This document shows, piece by piece, positions 37,243 to 47,609 of a stretch of DNA of 64,000 bases (the stretch's first letter is position 1; every line of letters starts with the position of its first letter). The position numbers were made by a program, and so were the translations under genes. The notes under the pieces were generated by a model. It had not been told where the DNA came from and did no database searches. It saw only the letters and a list, made by a program, of their open reading frames with translations. The stretch is from Myxococcota bacterium. GTDB taxonomy: Bacteria > Myxococcota_A > UBA9160 > JAFDDA01. The stretch spans positions 160,001-224,000 of the forward strand of contig OZ245817.1 in NCBI GenBank assembly GCA_965228475.1. Reading direction: 5' to 3'.

Positions 37243-38007
37243 ATGTCCGATGCGTTCGATCTCTCCGGCCGCGTGGCCGTGGTGACCGGTGGCAGCCGGG
37301 GCCTCGGCCGCGAGATGGTGCGCGCCTTCGCGCGCCACGGTGCGGACGTCGTCATCGCGAGCCGCAAGGCGGACTCCTGCGAGGCTCTCGCGGAGGAGGT
37401 CACGAAGGAGACCGGCCGCCGCGCGCTCGCCGTCGGCTGCCACGTTGGACGCTGGGCGGATTGCGATGCCCTCGTCGAGCGGTGCTACGAGGCCTTCGGC
37501 CGCGCCGACGTGCTCGTGAACAACGCCGGCATGTCGCCGCGCTACGCGTCGCTCCCCGAGGTCTCGGAGGAGCTCTTCGACAAGGTCATCGGCGTGAACC
37601 TGCGCGGCCCCTTCCGGCTGACCTCGCTGTTCGCGACGCGCATGGCCGAAGCCGGTGGCGGCGTGGTGCTGAACGTGAGCAGCACCGCGGCCGTCCAGCC
37701 GACGCCGATCGAGATCCCCTACGCCGCGGCGAAGGCGGGCATCCACTCGCTCACGGTCTCCATGGCGCGGGCCTTCGCGCCCAAGGTGCGCGTGAACGCG
37801 ATCATGCCCGGCCCCTTCCGGACGGACATCAGCAACGCGTGGCCGCCGGAGATGGTGAAGGCCATCGAGTCGACCGTACCGATGGCTCGCCTCGGGGAAG
37901 CGGAGGAGATCGTCGGCGCCGCGCTCTACCTCGCGAGCGACGCCTCGAGCTACACCACCGGTGCCGTCATCAAGATCGATGGCGGCATGGCCTTCTCCCC
38001 GGCGTAG
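37243..38007 (+). CDS. SDR family oxidoreductase
   Basis: TGGSRGLG, NNAG, YAAAK. Confidence 0.92.
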   Translation: MSDAFDLSGRVAVVTGGSRGLGREMVRAFARHGADVVIASRKADSCEALAEEVTKETGRRALAVGCHVGRWADCDALVERCYEAFGRADVLVNNAGMSPRYASLPEVSEELFDKVIGVNLRGPFRLTSLFATRMAEAGGGVVLNVSSTAAVQPTPIEIPYAAAKAGIHSLTVSMARAFAPKVRVNAIMPGPFRTDISNAWPPEMVKAIESTVPMARLGEAEEIVGAALYLASDASSYTTGAVIKIDGGMAFSPA

Positions 38008-38011
38008 CCCG

Positions 38012-39184
38012 ATGCCCGCCTGGCGAAACTGGTCCGGGAAGAAGTCGGCGGAGCCCGTCCGCATCGTCCGGCCGCTGACCGAGGAGGCGGCCGTAGCCGC
38101 CGTCGCGGCCGCGGCCAGGGACGGCGCGCGGCTCCGGGTGGTCGGTGCCGGGCACAGTCACAGCCCGCTCGCCGCGACGGAGGGCCACCTGCTCGATCTG
38201 GAGAGCCTCACCGGGATCGTCTCGGTGGACGCGCCGGCCCGCCGCGCCGTCCTGCGCGGCGGCACCCGGATCCACCAGCTCGGCGCGCCGCTGCTCGCCG
38301 CCGGGCTCGGCCTCGTGAACCAGGGCGACATCGACCGCCAGGCCATCGCGGGCGCGATCGCCACGGGGACCCACGGAACGGGAGAACGCCTCGGGAATTT
38401 TTCTACCGCCGTACGGGGTCTCCGACTCGCCCTGGCGGACGGCAGCGTCGTCGACTGCGACGCCGACCGGGAGCCCGAGCTCTTCGAGGCGGCACGGCTC
38501 GGCCTCGGCGCCCTCGGCGTGGTGCTGCGGGTCGACCTCGCGGTACGCGACGCCTACCGCCTGCGCGAGCGAATCTACCTGGAGGACCTCGACGCCGTGC
38601 TCGGGAAGCTCCCCGAACTCACCGCCGCGCACCGGCACTTCGAGTTCTTCTGGTACCCGGGCCGCGACCGCGCCGTCTGCAAGGCGATCGACGAGACCGA
38701 CGACCCGCCCGAGTACCCGCTGGCCGACGAGGGCGCCCGCTGCGCCTGGAGCTTCGAGGTGCTCGCGAACCACCGCCCGGACCTCCACACCGAGATGGAG
38801 TACTCGGTCCCGGTCGAGCGCGGCCCCGCCTGCTTCCAGGAGATCCGAACGCTCCTGCGCGAGCGCTTCCCGGACGTCGCCTGGCCCCTCGAGTACCGCA
38901 CCGTCGCGAGCGACGACCTCGGGCTCTCCATGGCCCACGGCCGCGCCACCGCCACGATCTCCGTCCACCAGGACATCGCGAGCGACGACGAGCCGGCTTT
39001 CCGCGCGTGCGAGGAGATCTTCCTCGCCCACGAAGGCCGCCCGCACTGGGGCAAGGTCCACTACCTGGATGGCCGGACTCTCGCCCGTCGCTACCCGCGC
39101 TACGCGGATTGGTGGCGCATCCGCGACCGCTTCGATCCGGACGGACGCTTCCTGAACGCCCACCTCGAGGGCCTTCGCCCCTAG
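38012..39184 (+). CDS. FAD-linked oxidase, D-arabinono-1,4-lactone oxidase family
   Basis: WRNWSG, GAGHSHS, ATGTHG, EMEY, RPHWGK, DPDGRFLN. Confidence 0.88.
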   Translation: MPAWRNWSGKKSAEPVRIVRPLTEEAAVAAVAAAARDGARLRVVGAGHSHSPLAATEGHLLDLESLTGIVSVDAPARRAVLRGGTRIHQLGAPLLAAGLGLVNQGDIDRQAIAGAIATGTHGTGERLGNFSTAVRGLRLALADGSVVDCDADREPELFEAARLGLGALGVVLRVDLAVRDAYRLRERIYLEDLDAVLGKLPELTAAHRHFEFFWYPGRDRAVCKAIDETDDPPEYPLADEGARCAWSFEVLANHRPDLHTEMEYSVPVERGPACFQEIRTLLRERFPDVAWPLEYRTVASDDLGLSMAHGRATATISVHQDIASDDEPAFRACEEIFLAHEGRPHWGKVHYLDGRTLARRYPRYADWWRIRDRFDPDGRFLNAHLEGLRP

Positions 39185-40218
39185 AGCACTTCCTCCGCCA
39201 CGAGCTCGAGCGCCTCGCGCTGGGGCGTGTTCACGTTCAGCGTGTGGATGTGCTTCTTCTTGCCGGCTTCCTTCCAGGCGCCCAGCCGCTCGCGGATGCG
39301 CTCCGCCGGGCCGAGCAGGCTCACGGAGTCGACGAGCTCGTCGGGCACCGCGGCCATGGCCTCCTTCTTCTTCCCGTCGAGGAAGAGGTCCTGGATCTTC
39401 ACCGCGGCGTCCTCGTAGCCCATGCGCTTGGCGAGGTCGTTGTAGAAGTTCTTTCCCCGAGCACCCATGCCGCCGATGTAGAGCGCGAGGTTCCCCTTCA
39501 CGGGCCCGCGCACGCGCTCGAGATCGTCCGAGATGATCACGGTCGTTGCGGCGATGATCGCGAAGTCGTCGAGGCTCTTGCCGCCGCCAGCCTTGGCGAA
39601 GCCTTCTTCGATGTGCGGCAGGTAGACCTCATCGACCCTCTCCGGGTCCGTCATCATCGGGAACACGCCGTCGGCGACCTCGCCCGCGCAGCGCAGGCCG
39701 TTCGGGCTGATCGATGCGGTGTAGATCGGGATCGTCGGGTCGCCGTGCAGGATGCTCTTCAACGGCTTGCCGAGCCCCGTTCCGCCCGCGCACGGGATGT
39801 CGTAGATCTCCCCGTGGAACTCGACGGGCTTCTCGCGCGCGAGGATCTGCCGGATGATCTGGATGTACTCGCGCGTCCGCGTCAGCGGCTTGCCGTAGGG
39901 CACGCCGTGCCAGCCTTCGGAAACCTGGGGCCCGGACGGGCCGAGGCCGAGGCGGAAGCGTCCGCCCGAGAGGTGATCGAGGGTCATGGCCGTCATCGCG
40001 GTCATGGCGGGCGTGCGCGCGGGCATCTGCATGATCGCCGTCCCGACCTTGAGCTTCGTCGTCTGGGCGAGCACCCAGGCGGCGGTCGAGACCGCGTCGT
40101 TGCCGTAGGCCTCGGCCGTCCAGGCGACGTCGTAGCCGAGGGTCTCGGCATGCTTCAGCATGTCCATGTCGATGTTGGCCTTCGGCCCAAAGCCGATGGC
40201 ACCCGTTCCGAGCTTCAT
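39181..40218 (-). CDS. LLM class putative F420-dependent oxidoreductase (Rv3520c-like)
   Basis: WTAEAYG, MQMPARTP, GPSGPQVSEGWHG, ALYIGGMG. Confidence 0.85.
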   Translation of the reverse strand: MKLGTGAIGFGPKANIDMDMLKHAETLGYDVAWTAEAYGNDAVSTAAWVLAQTTKLKVGTAIMQMPARTPAMTAMTAMTLDHLSGGRFRLGLGPSGPQVSEGWHGVPYGKPLTRTREYIQIIRQILAREKPVEFHGEIYDIPCAGGTGLGKPLKSILHGDPTIPIYTASISPNGLRCAGEVADGVFPMMTDPERVDEVYLPHIEEGFAKAGGGKSLDDFAIIAATTVIISDDLERVRGPVKGNLALYIGGMGARGKNFYNDLAKRMGYEDAAVKIQDLFLDGKKKEAMAAVPDELVDSVSLLGPAERIRERLGAWKEAGKKKHIHTLNVNTPQREALELVAEEVL

Positions 40219-40226
40219 GGGGTCTC

Positions 40227-41225
40227 CTACTTCTCGAAGGGCGCTTTGCAGCCGGTGGCTTCGAGCACGCCGTCGAGGGCGCTCGTGTCGCCGACGGCGG
40301 CATACTTGTCGCGGAGGGCCGCGAGGGACTTGGCGTGATACTTCTGGGGCTTCTGCGTGAACGTCCCGGTCGGGAGTTCGACGCTGAACTCTTCTTCGCC
40401 GGCGGCGACGCAGGCTTCGTTCGCGAGCGTCCACGGCACGAACAGGCCGCCGACCTGCTCGCGCAGGAAGGGCTCGAGGGTCGGCGCCAGGGTGTCCCAG
40501 CGCTCGAAGGGTCCCTCCACCCGGGGCCAGGTCATGCGGTGGATCCAGGCTAGGAGATTCGGGCAGCCGTTCACGAGGCCGGCCGGCGTCGGGTCCGTCC
40601 AGGCGTTGTAGAGCTGGCCCCAGAGTCCGAAGTCGCCGTAGGCGGGGCGCTCGCCGAAGAGGTACGGCCGCTCCGCCAGGTGCGCCTCGAGCTGGGCGAG
40701 GGCGCTGCGAAAGGAGCTCTCGATCTGCGGCGCGGTCCCTTCGTTCGAGCCCACGAACCACACGCGGTCGACCATGCGGTTCTTGACGCCCTCGGCCATG
40801 CCGGCGTGCTGTTCGTCGCTTGCCTCGGGCATGAAGTTCCGGGCGATGCGCGCGCCCGCGGAGTCCTGGTCGGCGGGGCGCGCCCAGCGGTAGTGGAACA
40901 TCCACTTGTTGCCCCACTCGTCGCCGAACTCTTCGAGTAGCGCGGAGAGGAAGCCGACGACCGGGTCCTCCGGGTGCACCGAGGGCTCCGGGTGCTCCGC
41001 TTCGAAGCGGTCGAGGATGGGCGTCGAGTCCTGGATCCCTTCGCCCTCGGGCGTCACGACGAGGGGCACGATCGGGATGCGCGCGTACTTCTTGTACTCC
41101 TCTTCCGAAGCCGGCCCGCGCACGACCCAGCGGTGCGGGATGCCCTTGTATCGGAAGTAGGAGCGCACCTTCACCGAGTACGGCGAGAGCTCGATCCCGA
41201 AGATGCGATTCACGTCGTCGGCCAT
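40227..41225 (-). CDS. Glutathione S-transferase-like protein
   Basis: SPYSVKVR, DSTP, DEWGNKWMFHYRW; GGAGG RBS. Confidence 0.85.
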   Translation of the reverse strand: MADDVNRIFGIELSPYSVKVRSYFRYKGIPHRWVVRGPASEEEYKKYARIPIVPLVVTPEGEGIQDSTPILDRFEAEHPEPSVHPEDPVVGFLSALLEEFGDEWGNKWMFHYRWARPADQDSAGARIARNFMPEASDEQHAGMAEGVKNRMVDRVWFVGSNEGTAPQIESSFRSALAQLEAHLAERPYLFGERPAYGDFGLWGQLYNAWTDPTPAGLVNGCPNLLAWIHRMTWPRVEGPFERWDTLAPTLEPFLREQVGGLFVPWTLANEACVAAGEEEFSVELPTGTFTQKPQKYHAKSLAALRDKYAAVGDTSALDGVLEATGCKAPFEK

Positions 41226-41277
41226 GGGTCCTCCGAGGGGCGCGGGGCGACATACTGACACGCCGGAGGCACCGGGA

Positions 41278-42297
41278 CTAGCCGAAGAGCGCCTCGCAGC
41301 CCGTTCCGGCCAGTAGCGCGTCGACGTCGCTCCGGTCGTACGGTTCGAGGGCGGTGTACGCCTCGCGCAGGGCGAGGAGGCACTTGCCCTGGTACGGGAA
41401 GGGACGCTGCACCCACGGCTGGCCGTCGATCTCGGCCTCGACCCGCTCGGCGCCGGTCTCGAGTGCCGCGGCGTTCGCGAGCAGGAAGGGGGCGTAGACG
41501 CGCCCGACCTCGCCGAGCAGGCCGCCGACGGCCGGACCGAGGCCGTCCCGCGGCATCCAGTCCGCGCCGTCCGGCGCGACGCCCGAGAGATCGTCGACGA
41601 GGTCCACCCAGGCGGCGACGCGGGGCGCCTCCGCGAGCGCGATCGCCGAGGGGGTCGGGTCGAAGCCGACGAGCTGGGTGAGCTGCCCGTAGAGCGCGAA
41701 GTCGCAGCTCGCGGGGCGGGCGCCGAGCACGAAGCGCGACGTTTCGAGCCGGGCGGAGAGCAGGCCGAGCAGTCGCCGATAGCTCGCTTCGATGACCGGC
41801 CCCGTGGTTTCGTTCGAGCCGACGACCCAGAGCCGCTCGATCTGGCGCGCCGCGAACTGTTCGCCCGCGCGGACGGCCGCGTCCTCCGGGGCGTCGAGGG
41901 CGAACCAGCGCGGCAGGATCCGCGCGGCCTTGTCGATGTCGTCCCGATAGGCCCAGCGGTAGTGGAACATCGCCTTGGTGAGCCACTCGTCGGCGTAGTC
42001 TTCGAGCAGGAGGTCGACGAAGGCGAGCACCGGGTCTCCGGGCACCGCCGAGCGCTCCGGAAAGTTCGCTTCGAGTTCCCGGATGAGCGGCGTGGTGTCC
42101 GTGCGCGCTTCGAGTTCGCCCGCCGCGTTCGGGAGCAGAAGCTGCGGGAGCAGCTCGACGCGGGGCTTCGGAAGCCCCCGGCTCTCCGGCGTTCCCCGCG
42201 TGATCCAGCGGTGGGGGATGCGCCGGTAGCGCAGGAGCGCCACGAGCTTTCGGCTGTAGGGAGATCCGGGTGCGCCGACGATGCCGATGGGTTCCAA
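41278..42297 (-). CDS. Glutathione S-transferase-like protein (paralogue)
   Basis: SPYSRK, DTTP, DEWLTKAMFHYRW; AGGAGG RBS before TTG start. Confidence 0.85.
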   Translation of the reverse strand: MEPIGIVGAPGSPYSRKLVALLRYRRIPHRWITRGTPESRGLPKPRVELLPQLLLPNAAGELEARTDTTPLIRELEANFPERSAVPGDPVLAFVDLLLEDYADEWLTKAMFHYRWAYRDDIDKAARILPRWFALDAPEDAAVRAGEQFAARQIERLWVVGSNETTGPVIEASYRRLLGLLSARLETSRFVLGARPASCDFALYGQLTQLVGFDPTPSAIALAEAPRVAAWVDLVDDLSGVAPDGADWMPRDGLGPAVGGLLGEVGRVYAPFLLANAAALETGAERVEAEIDGQPWVQRPFPYQGKCLLALREAYTALEPYDRSDVDALLAGTGCEALFG

Positions 42298-42403
42298 GGC
42301 GTCCTCCTGCCCGCCAGTATCGAGCGGCGCCCTCCCCCACCGCAACCGCCGTGGGACGCGGGCCCGAGGTTCGCTCGGGCCTTCGACGGGGTACGCTCGG
42401 GCG

Positions 42404-43225
42404 ATGGCGCAGCCCCCCCTCGATCTCTCGAGCGTCTTCGAGCTCGAAGCCCACGGTCCGGACACCTTCATCGGGGAAAGCCCGCCCTATTCCTGGGGCC
42501 GGATCTACGGAGGGCTCGTCGTCGCCCAGGCGCTCTGGGCCGCGATGCAGACCGTGCGCGAGGAGCACGCCGCCCACTCCCTCCACGCGTACTTCATCCT
42601 CGGAGGCGAGCTCGGCGAGCCGGTGCGCTACGAGGTCGACCGGGTGCGCAACGGGCGCTCCTTCAGCACGCGCCGCGTGGTCGCGCGCCAGAGTGCCGGC
42701 GCGATCCTGACGCTCGCCTGCTCGTTCCAGGCGGACGAGGACGGGCCCGAGTCGCAGCCCGCCGAGTTCCCGGAGGACGTGCCGGCGCCCGGCGACTGCG
42801 CGGAGGAGTGGGACGCCGGAGTCCCGACGCGCATCGTGAAACCCGCCACCGGCAGCACGGAGCCGCGCTCGCGCATCTGGGCGCGGTACCCGGAGCCGCT
42901 CGGCGACGATCCGCGCCTGCAGGCCTGCGCCCTGGCCTACCTCTCGGACCTGAACCCGATGGGCGCGGTCAACGCCTCTCATCCCGGAGGCAGCAAGGCG
43001 CTCGACTGGGAGAACATCATGGCGGTGAGCCTCGATCACGCCGTCTGGTTCCAGCGCGGCGGCCGCGCCGACGATTGGGTCCTCTTCGATCTCGCGGGCC
43101 ACGGCCTCGTGCGCACGCGGGGCCTGGCGACCGGCGAGGCCTACGCTGCCGACGGAACGCACCTGGCCACCGTCGCCCAGGAATGCCTGGTCCGGCAGCG
43201 CCGCGGCCCGAAGAAGGGCGCGTAG
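42404..43225 (+). CDS. Acyl-CoA thioesterase II (TesB-like)
   Basis: IYGGLVVAQAL, HSLHAYF, GRSFSTR, SLDHAVWF, QE. Confidence 0.88.
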   Translation: MAQPPLDLSSVFELEAHGPDTFIGESPPYSWGRIYGGLVVAQALWAAMQTVREEHAAHSLHAYFILGGELGEPVRYEVDRVRNGRSFSTRRVVARQSAGAILTLACSFQADEDGPESQPAEFPEDVPAPGDCAEEWDAGVPTRIVKPATGSTEPRSRIWARYPEPLGDDPRLQACALAYLSDLNPMGAVNASHPGGSKALDWENIMAVSLDHAVWFQRGGRADDWVLFDLAGHGLVRTRGLATGEAYAADGTHLATVAQECLVRQRRGPKKGA

Positions 43226-43301
43226 GATGGCCCTCCCGGGAGACGCCGCCCGGGAGTGACACCGCGCGCCTCCCGCCGGCTACTCACCCTTCGAGGACCC
43301 G

Positions 43302-44348
43302 ATGCGCATCCCCCGACTCCTCCTGCTTTCGACCTGCTTCTTCCTTGCCGCTCCGGAGGGCTTCGCCGCGTCCGAGCCGGCAGGGGCCGAACCGGTGGCG
43401 TCGGCCGAAGACGCCGAGCTCGCCGCCTGGCTCGAGGCGTTGCGCACCGAGGCGCTCGAGCGCGGGATCGGCGCCGAGACCCTCAACGCGGCGCTCGCCA
43501 ACGTGGCGCCGCGCCCGGTGGTGCTGAGGCGCGACCGCAGCCAGCCGCGCGCGCCCGGCGATTTCTGCGGGTACCTGGCCAAACGCCTGACCCCGACGCG
43601 CATCGCCCGCGGCCAGCGCGCCCTCGAGGAAAACGAAGAGCTGATGCGCGCCGTCACCGCCGAGTACGGCGTCCCGGCGCGCTACCTGGTCGCGCTGTGG
43701 GGCCTCGAATCGAACTTCGGCGACTACCAGGGCGACCACCCGATCTTCGACGCCCTCGTCACCCTCGCGCGCGACCCGCGGCGCGCCACCTTCTTCCGCA
43801 AGCAGATCTTCGCCGCCCTGGAGATCATCGAGGCCGGCCATCCCCACGAGGAGATGCGGGGCTCCTGGGCGGGGGCGATGGGTCAGGTCCAGTTCATGCC
43901 GACCACGTATCAGCGCTACGCCGTCGACTTCGACGGCGACGGCCGGAAGGACATCTGGCAGAGCCTGCCGGACGCCATGGCCTCGGCGGCGAACTACCTG
44001 CGCGCCGAAGGCTGGCGCAGCGGCGAGACCTGGGGCCGGCAGGTGAAGCTCCCCGCCGGCGCGGACGCGAAGGCCCTGCGCGGCCGGCGAAGCCTCGCCG
44101 CCTGGCGCGACCTCGGCGTCCAGCAGAGCAACGGCCAGAGCCTCCCGGAGGGCAACCTGTTCGCCCGCCTCGTGCATCCGCGCCGTGCGCCCGAGCCTTC
44201 GTTCCTGGTCTACTCGAACTACGAGCGCTTCATGGACTGGAATCGCTCGACGTTCTTCGCCATCTCGGTGGGCACGCTGGCCGACAAGCTCGCCAAGCGC
44301 AGCACCCTGCGCGCCTGCCACGGCAAACTTCCGCGCACTTCGAGCTAG
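43302..44348 (+). CDS. Lytic murein transglycosylase (SltB/MltB family)
   Basis: WGLESNFG, GSWAGAMGQVQFMP, DFDGDG, SAANYL. Confidence 0.92.
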   Translation: MRIPRLLLLSTCFFLAAPEGFAASEPAGAEPVASAEDAELAAWLEALRTEALERGIGAETLNAALANVAPRPVVLRRDRSQPRAPGDFCGYLAKRLTPTRIARGQRALEENEELMRAVTAEYGVPARYLVALWGLESNFGDYQGDHPIFDALVTLARDPRRATFFRKQIFAALEIIEAGHPHEEMRGSWAGAMGQVQFMPTTYQRYAVDFDGDGRKDIWQSLPDAMASAANYLRAEGWRSGETWGRQVKLPAGADAKALRGRRSLAAWRDLGVQQSNGQSLPEGNLFARLVHPRRAPEPSFLVYSNYERFMDWNRSTFFAISVGTLADKLAKRSTLRACHGKLPRTSS

Positions 44349-44357
44349 GCTCCGCCC

Positions 44358-45215
44358 ATGGCAAGCCTGCTCCCCTCCCTGCCGAACCCGCTCGCCGGCC
44401 TGAGCGCCGAGATCGAGGAGCGCCTGGCGAAGGCCGACGTCGAGTTGAACGAGTTCGGCTACGACCCGTACGGCTTCCACCCCGCCTCGATGCAGCGCTA
44501 CGTCCTGCCTTCGGTCTGGCTCTACCGCAACTACTTCCGCGTCGAGACCTTCGACATCGAGAACGTTCCGCGCGGGCCGATGATGCTCGTCGCCAACCAC
44601 TCGGGACAGTTCGCCTGGGACGGCATGATGCTGACCGTCGCGATGCTCATGGCCGCGAACCCGCCGCGCATCTGCCGGGGCATGGGCGAGTACTTCCTGT
44701 TCCGCATGCCGTGGGTGGCGCCGACGGGCGCGCGCGCCGGCATGATGGTCGGCACGCCGGACAACTGCGTGCACATGCTCCAGAACGACCAGTGCGTGAT
44801 GGTCTTCCCGGAAGGAGCGAGCGGCGCCAACAAGCCCTTCCACAAGCGCTATCAGCTGCAGGACTTCGGCCAGGGCTTCCTGCGCCTGGCCCTCGAGGCC
44901 GACGCGCCGATCGTGCCCGTCGGCATCGTGGGCGCCGAGGAACAGCAGCCCGGGCTCGCGAACTTCGAGGGCTTCGGGCGTTCGATCGGATTGCCCTCGT
45001 TCCCGATCACGCTGACGATGCCGTGGTTCGGCCTGCTCGGCCCGGCCATGGCGCTTCCCGTGAAGTACCGGATCTACTTCGGCGAGCCGATCCGCTTCGA
45101 CGGCAGCCCGAACGACGAGGACGCGGTCATCGACGGCAGCGTCGACGTCGTGAAGGCCCGCATCCGGGGCCTCCTGGCCCGGGGCCTGCGCGAGCGCGAA
45201 GCCGTCTTCTGGTAG
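44358..45215 (+). CDS. Lysophospholipid/glycerol acyltransferase family protein
   Basis: NHSG...DG, FPEG, PIVPVGIVG. Confidence 0.85.
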   Translation: MASLLPSLPNPLAGLSAEIEERLAKADVELNEFGYDPYGFHPASMQRYVLPSVWLYRNYFRVETFDIENVPRGPMMLVANHSGQFAWDGMMLTVAMLMAANPPRICRGMGEYFLFRMPWVAPTGARAGMMVGTPDNCVHMLQNDQCVMVFPEGASGANKPFHKRYQLQDFGQGFLRLALEADAPIVPVGIVGAEEQQPGLANFEGFGRSIGLPSFPITLTMPWFGLLGPAMALPVKYRIYFGEPIRFDGSPNDEDAVIDGSVDVVKARIRGLLARGLREREAVFW

Positions 45216-45355
45216 TTGGCCGGGTCTCGATCGGCCGAAATCGGCACGAAGGCTGGAACCCCGGAACCCCGGAACGGCGGTCCGCGCGGCGCGAGCGGGC
45301 TAACGTCCGTCCGCCGGCACGAGACCGGCGACAACCCCCGAATTGGAGTCCGTCG

Positions 45356-46486
45356 ATGCTTCTGCGCCCCGTTCGAGTCCTCCTGACCCTGCTTGCAGCC
45401 TTCGCGATCGGCTGTGCGAGGCCGCTTCCCGAGCTGCCGCCCATCCAGACCGGCCCGGTTTCGATCGGCGCCGGCGAGTGGCGCGTGACGAACCAGGTGA
45501 TCGTGCTGACGGACGCCTCGGGCACGCAGTACGACAACGGCACCTTCCCGGAGGCGAAGTCGCTCACGCGGAGCTTCGTCGCGGTGATGCCGGCGAACGA
45601 CGCGCCGGCCAAGGACCGCGGCGGCTACGAAGCCGGCCTCGTCGGCTTCGGCGGCGAGGAGCGCAGCAGCGCTCCGCTCGCGCCCTTCGACCGCGGTGCG
45701 CTCGCATCGGTCGCCGCCGGGCTCATGCCCCTCGGCTCGATCGACGGCATGGGCGGCTACACGCCGATCCACCACGTGCTCACGGAGACGAAGGCCCAGC
45801 TCGAAGGCGGCCGCACGCCCGGCGCGCTCGTGGTGTTCTCCGACGGACTCCCGGACGATGCGGACTGGGCGCTCGCCAACGGCGGCAAGCTCGTCGAAGC
45901 GCGGCCGGACCTCTGCATCCACACCGTGCAGACCGGCGACGACCCGGCGGGCACCGCGTTCCTCACGGCGCTCTCGGGCCTGAGCGCCTGCGGCAGCCAT
46001 CGCAGCGGTTCGAGCCTCTCGAGCGCCGGTGCGCTGCAGTCCTTCGCGAAGACGGTCTTCGTCGGCCCGGCCGACGCGCCGCCGCCTCCGCCGCCCCCGG
46101 TGGCGAAGCCCGTCCCCGCGCCGCCTCCGCCGCCGGACCCGTGCAAGAGCGTCGTGCGGCTGCGCGGCATCGAGTTCGAGTTCGACAAGGCCGAGATCCT
46201 GCCCGTCTCGCGGCCGACCCTCGACGTGGTGGCGGATCAGCTCCGCCAGTGCCCGGCGATCCGCGTGAGCGTCGACGGCCACACGGACGCGATCGGGAGC
46301 GACGCCTACAACCAGGCGCTCTCGCTCCGCCGCGCCCAGGCGACGCGCAACTACCTCGTCGAGGTCGGCATCGACGCCGGGCGGCTGAGCACCCAGGGCT
46401 TCGGGGAGTCCCGCCCCGTGGACACGAACGACACGCCGAGCGGGCGCGCCCGCAACCGGCGCGTCGAGCTCTCGCCGCTGCCCTAG
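45356..46486 (+). CDS. Lipoprotein with vWA-like domain, Pro-rich linker and OmpA-like C-terminal domain
   Basis: Lipobox AIGC; DASGT and FSDG (MIDAS-like); GHTD..YNQALSLRRA, NRRVE. Confidence 0.85.
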   Translation: MLLRPVRVLLTLLAAFAIGCARPLPELPPIQTGPVSIGAGEWRVTNQVIVLTDASGTQYDNGTFPEAKSLTRSFVAVMPANDAPAKDRGGYEAGLVGFGGEERSSAPLAPFDRGALASVAAGLMPLGSIDGMGGYTPIHHVLTETKAQLEGGRTPGALVVFSDGLPDDADWALANGGKLVEARPDLCIHTVQTGDDPAGTAFLTALSGLSACGSHRSGSSLSSAGALQSFAKTVFVGPADAPPPPPPPVAKPVPAPPPPPDPCKSVVRLRGIEFEFDKAEILPVSRPTLDVVADQLRQCPAIRVSVDGHTDAIGSDAYNQALSLRRAQATRNYLVEVGIDAGRLSTQGFGESRPVDTNDTPSGRARNRRVELSPLP

Positions 46487-46543
46487 CCCGGCACCGGCGC
46501 TGCCGCGGCGGGGACGCGCCCCACTTGGGGTAACGTCCCCGCC

Positions 46544-47593
46544 GTGCAGCTCCCGGTGACCGGCCATCCGCTCCATACCCGCTCCCTGACCCTGGTCGTC
46601 TCCCAGCGCGAGGACGGGCGCCTGCGCGCGCGCGGCGACGTCGTCGACCTGCGCAAGTGTGGGTTCGTTCCGATGACCTCGGGCATCCAGCCCGCGGGAA
46701 CGATCCACCAGATGTGGATCGAGCTCGTCGTGGATCCGGACACCCGTCGCATCGATTCCGTCGCGACGGGGCAGCCCTTCGTCGCCGTCGAACCCGCTCC
46801 GGCGACGGGCGGCGAGTGCTGCCGCGACCCCGCCCCGCGGCTCGAGGCCCTGGCGGGCGAGGTCCTCGACGGCGGCTTCAACAAGCGGCTCTCCACGGTG
46901 TTCGGGGGCCCCCTCGGCTGCTCGCATCTGCTCTCGCTCTTCCAGCTGATGGCGACGGCGATGCCGCGCGCCCTCGACCGCGAGGCGGCCGTGCTCGAAT
47001 CGACCCCGGCGCGGCGCCGGCCCGACGAGCGCCTCTTCTGGCGGAGCCTCTTCCTCGACGGCTTCGAGGCCGCGGACGGCGCGCTCGAGCTGGCGGTGCA
47101 GTTCCACGACTTCCACGGCCACCCGGACGAAGGCGTCGAGAACCCCCTCGACCGCTTCGTGCGTCAGGACGAGCTGCGCATCTTCGCGCGCGTCGAGACG
47201 CCGAGCCTCGCGATGACCGACCTGCGCGCCTTCGAGCGCATCCGCGAACGCGACACGCTGATGACCGCGGATTGGGAGGATCGCGCTGCGGCGATCGCCG
47301 AGCTCGTCGGCAAGCCGATCATCCCGGGCCTTGCCGGCCGGATCTTCAAGACCCTCCCGGCCACGCCGGAGAACGCCGTCCTGCGCGACGCGCTCCTCCA
47401 GCTCGCCCCCGGCCAGATCCAGGTGATGGCCGCCATGACCGACCGCTGGTTCTCCCGCGCGAGCGACGCCGAGGTGAGCGACTCGGCCTCGCGCGACCGC
47501 GGCCCCCAGGTCGCCTCCATCGGGGGGATGGCCGACTCCTGCTACATGTGGCGGGCGGGCGGGGCACTCGCGAAGGCTCGCTGGGACTCCTAG
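46544..47593 (+). CDS. DUF2889 domain protein
   Basis: IHQM, GGPLGCSHL, C-terminal DSCYMW. Confidence 0.7.
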   Translation: MQLPVTGHPLHTRSLTLVVSQREDGRLRARGDVVDLRKCGFVPMTSGIQPAGTIHQMWIELVVDPDTRRIDSVATGQPFVAVEPAPATGGECCRDPAPRLEALAGEVLDGGFNKRLSTVFGGPLGCSHLLSLFQLMATAMPRALDREAAVLESTPARRRPDERLFWRSLFLDGFEAADGALELAVQFHDFHGHPDEGVENPLDRFVRQDELRIFARVETPSLAMTDLRAFERIRERDTLMTADWEDRAAAIAELVGKPIIPGLAGRIFKTLPATPENAVLRDALLQLAPGQIQVMAAMTDRWFSRASDAEVSDSASRDRGPQVASIGGMADSCYMWRAGGALAKARWDS

Positions 47594-47609
47594 CTCTTGG
47601 TCGGTAGAT

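Noticed and set aside
43256..46486. 1076-aa ORF as a giant OmpA fusion
   Set aside because: Only the last 376 codons (from 45356) look coding; upstream the real genes are in other frames.
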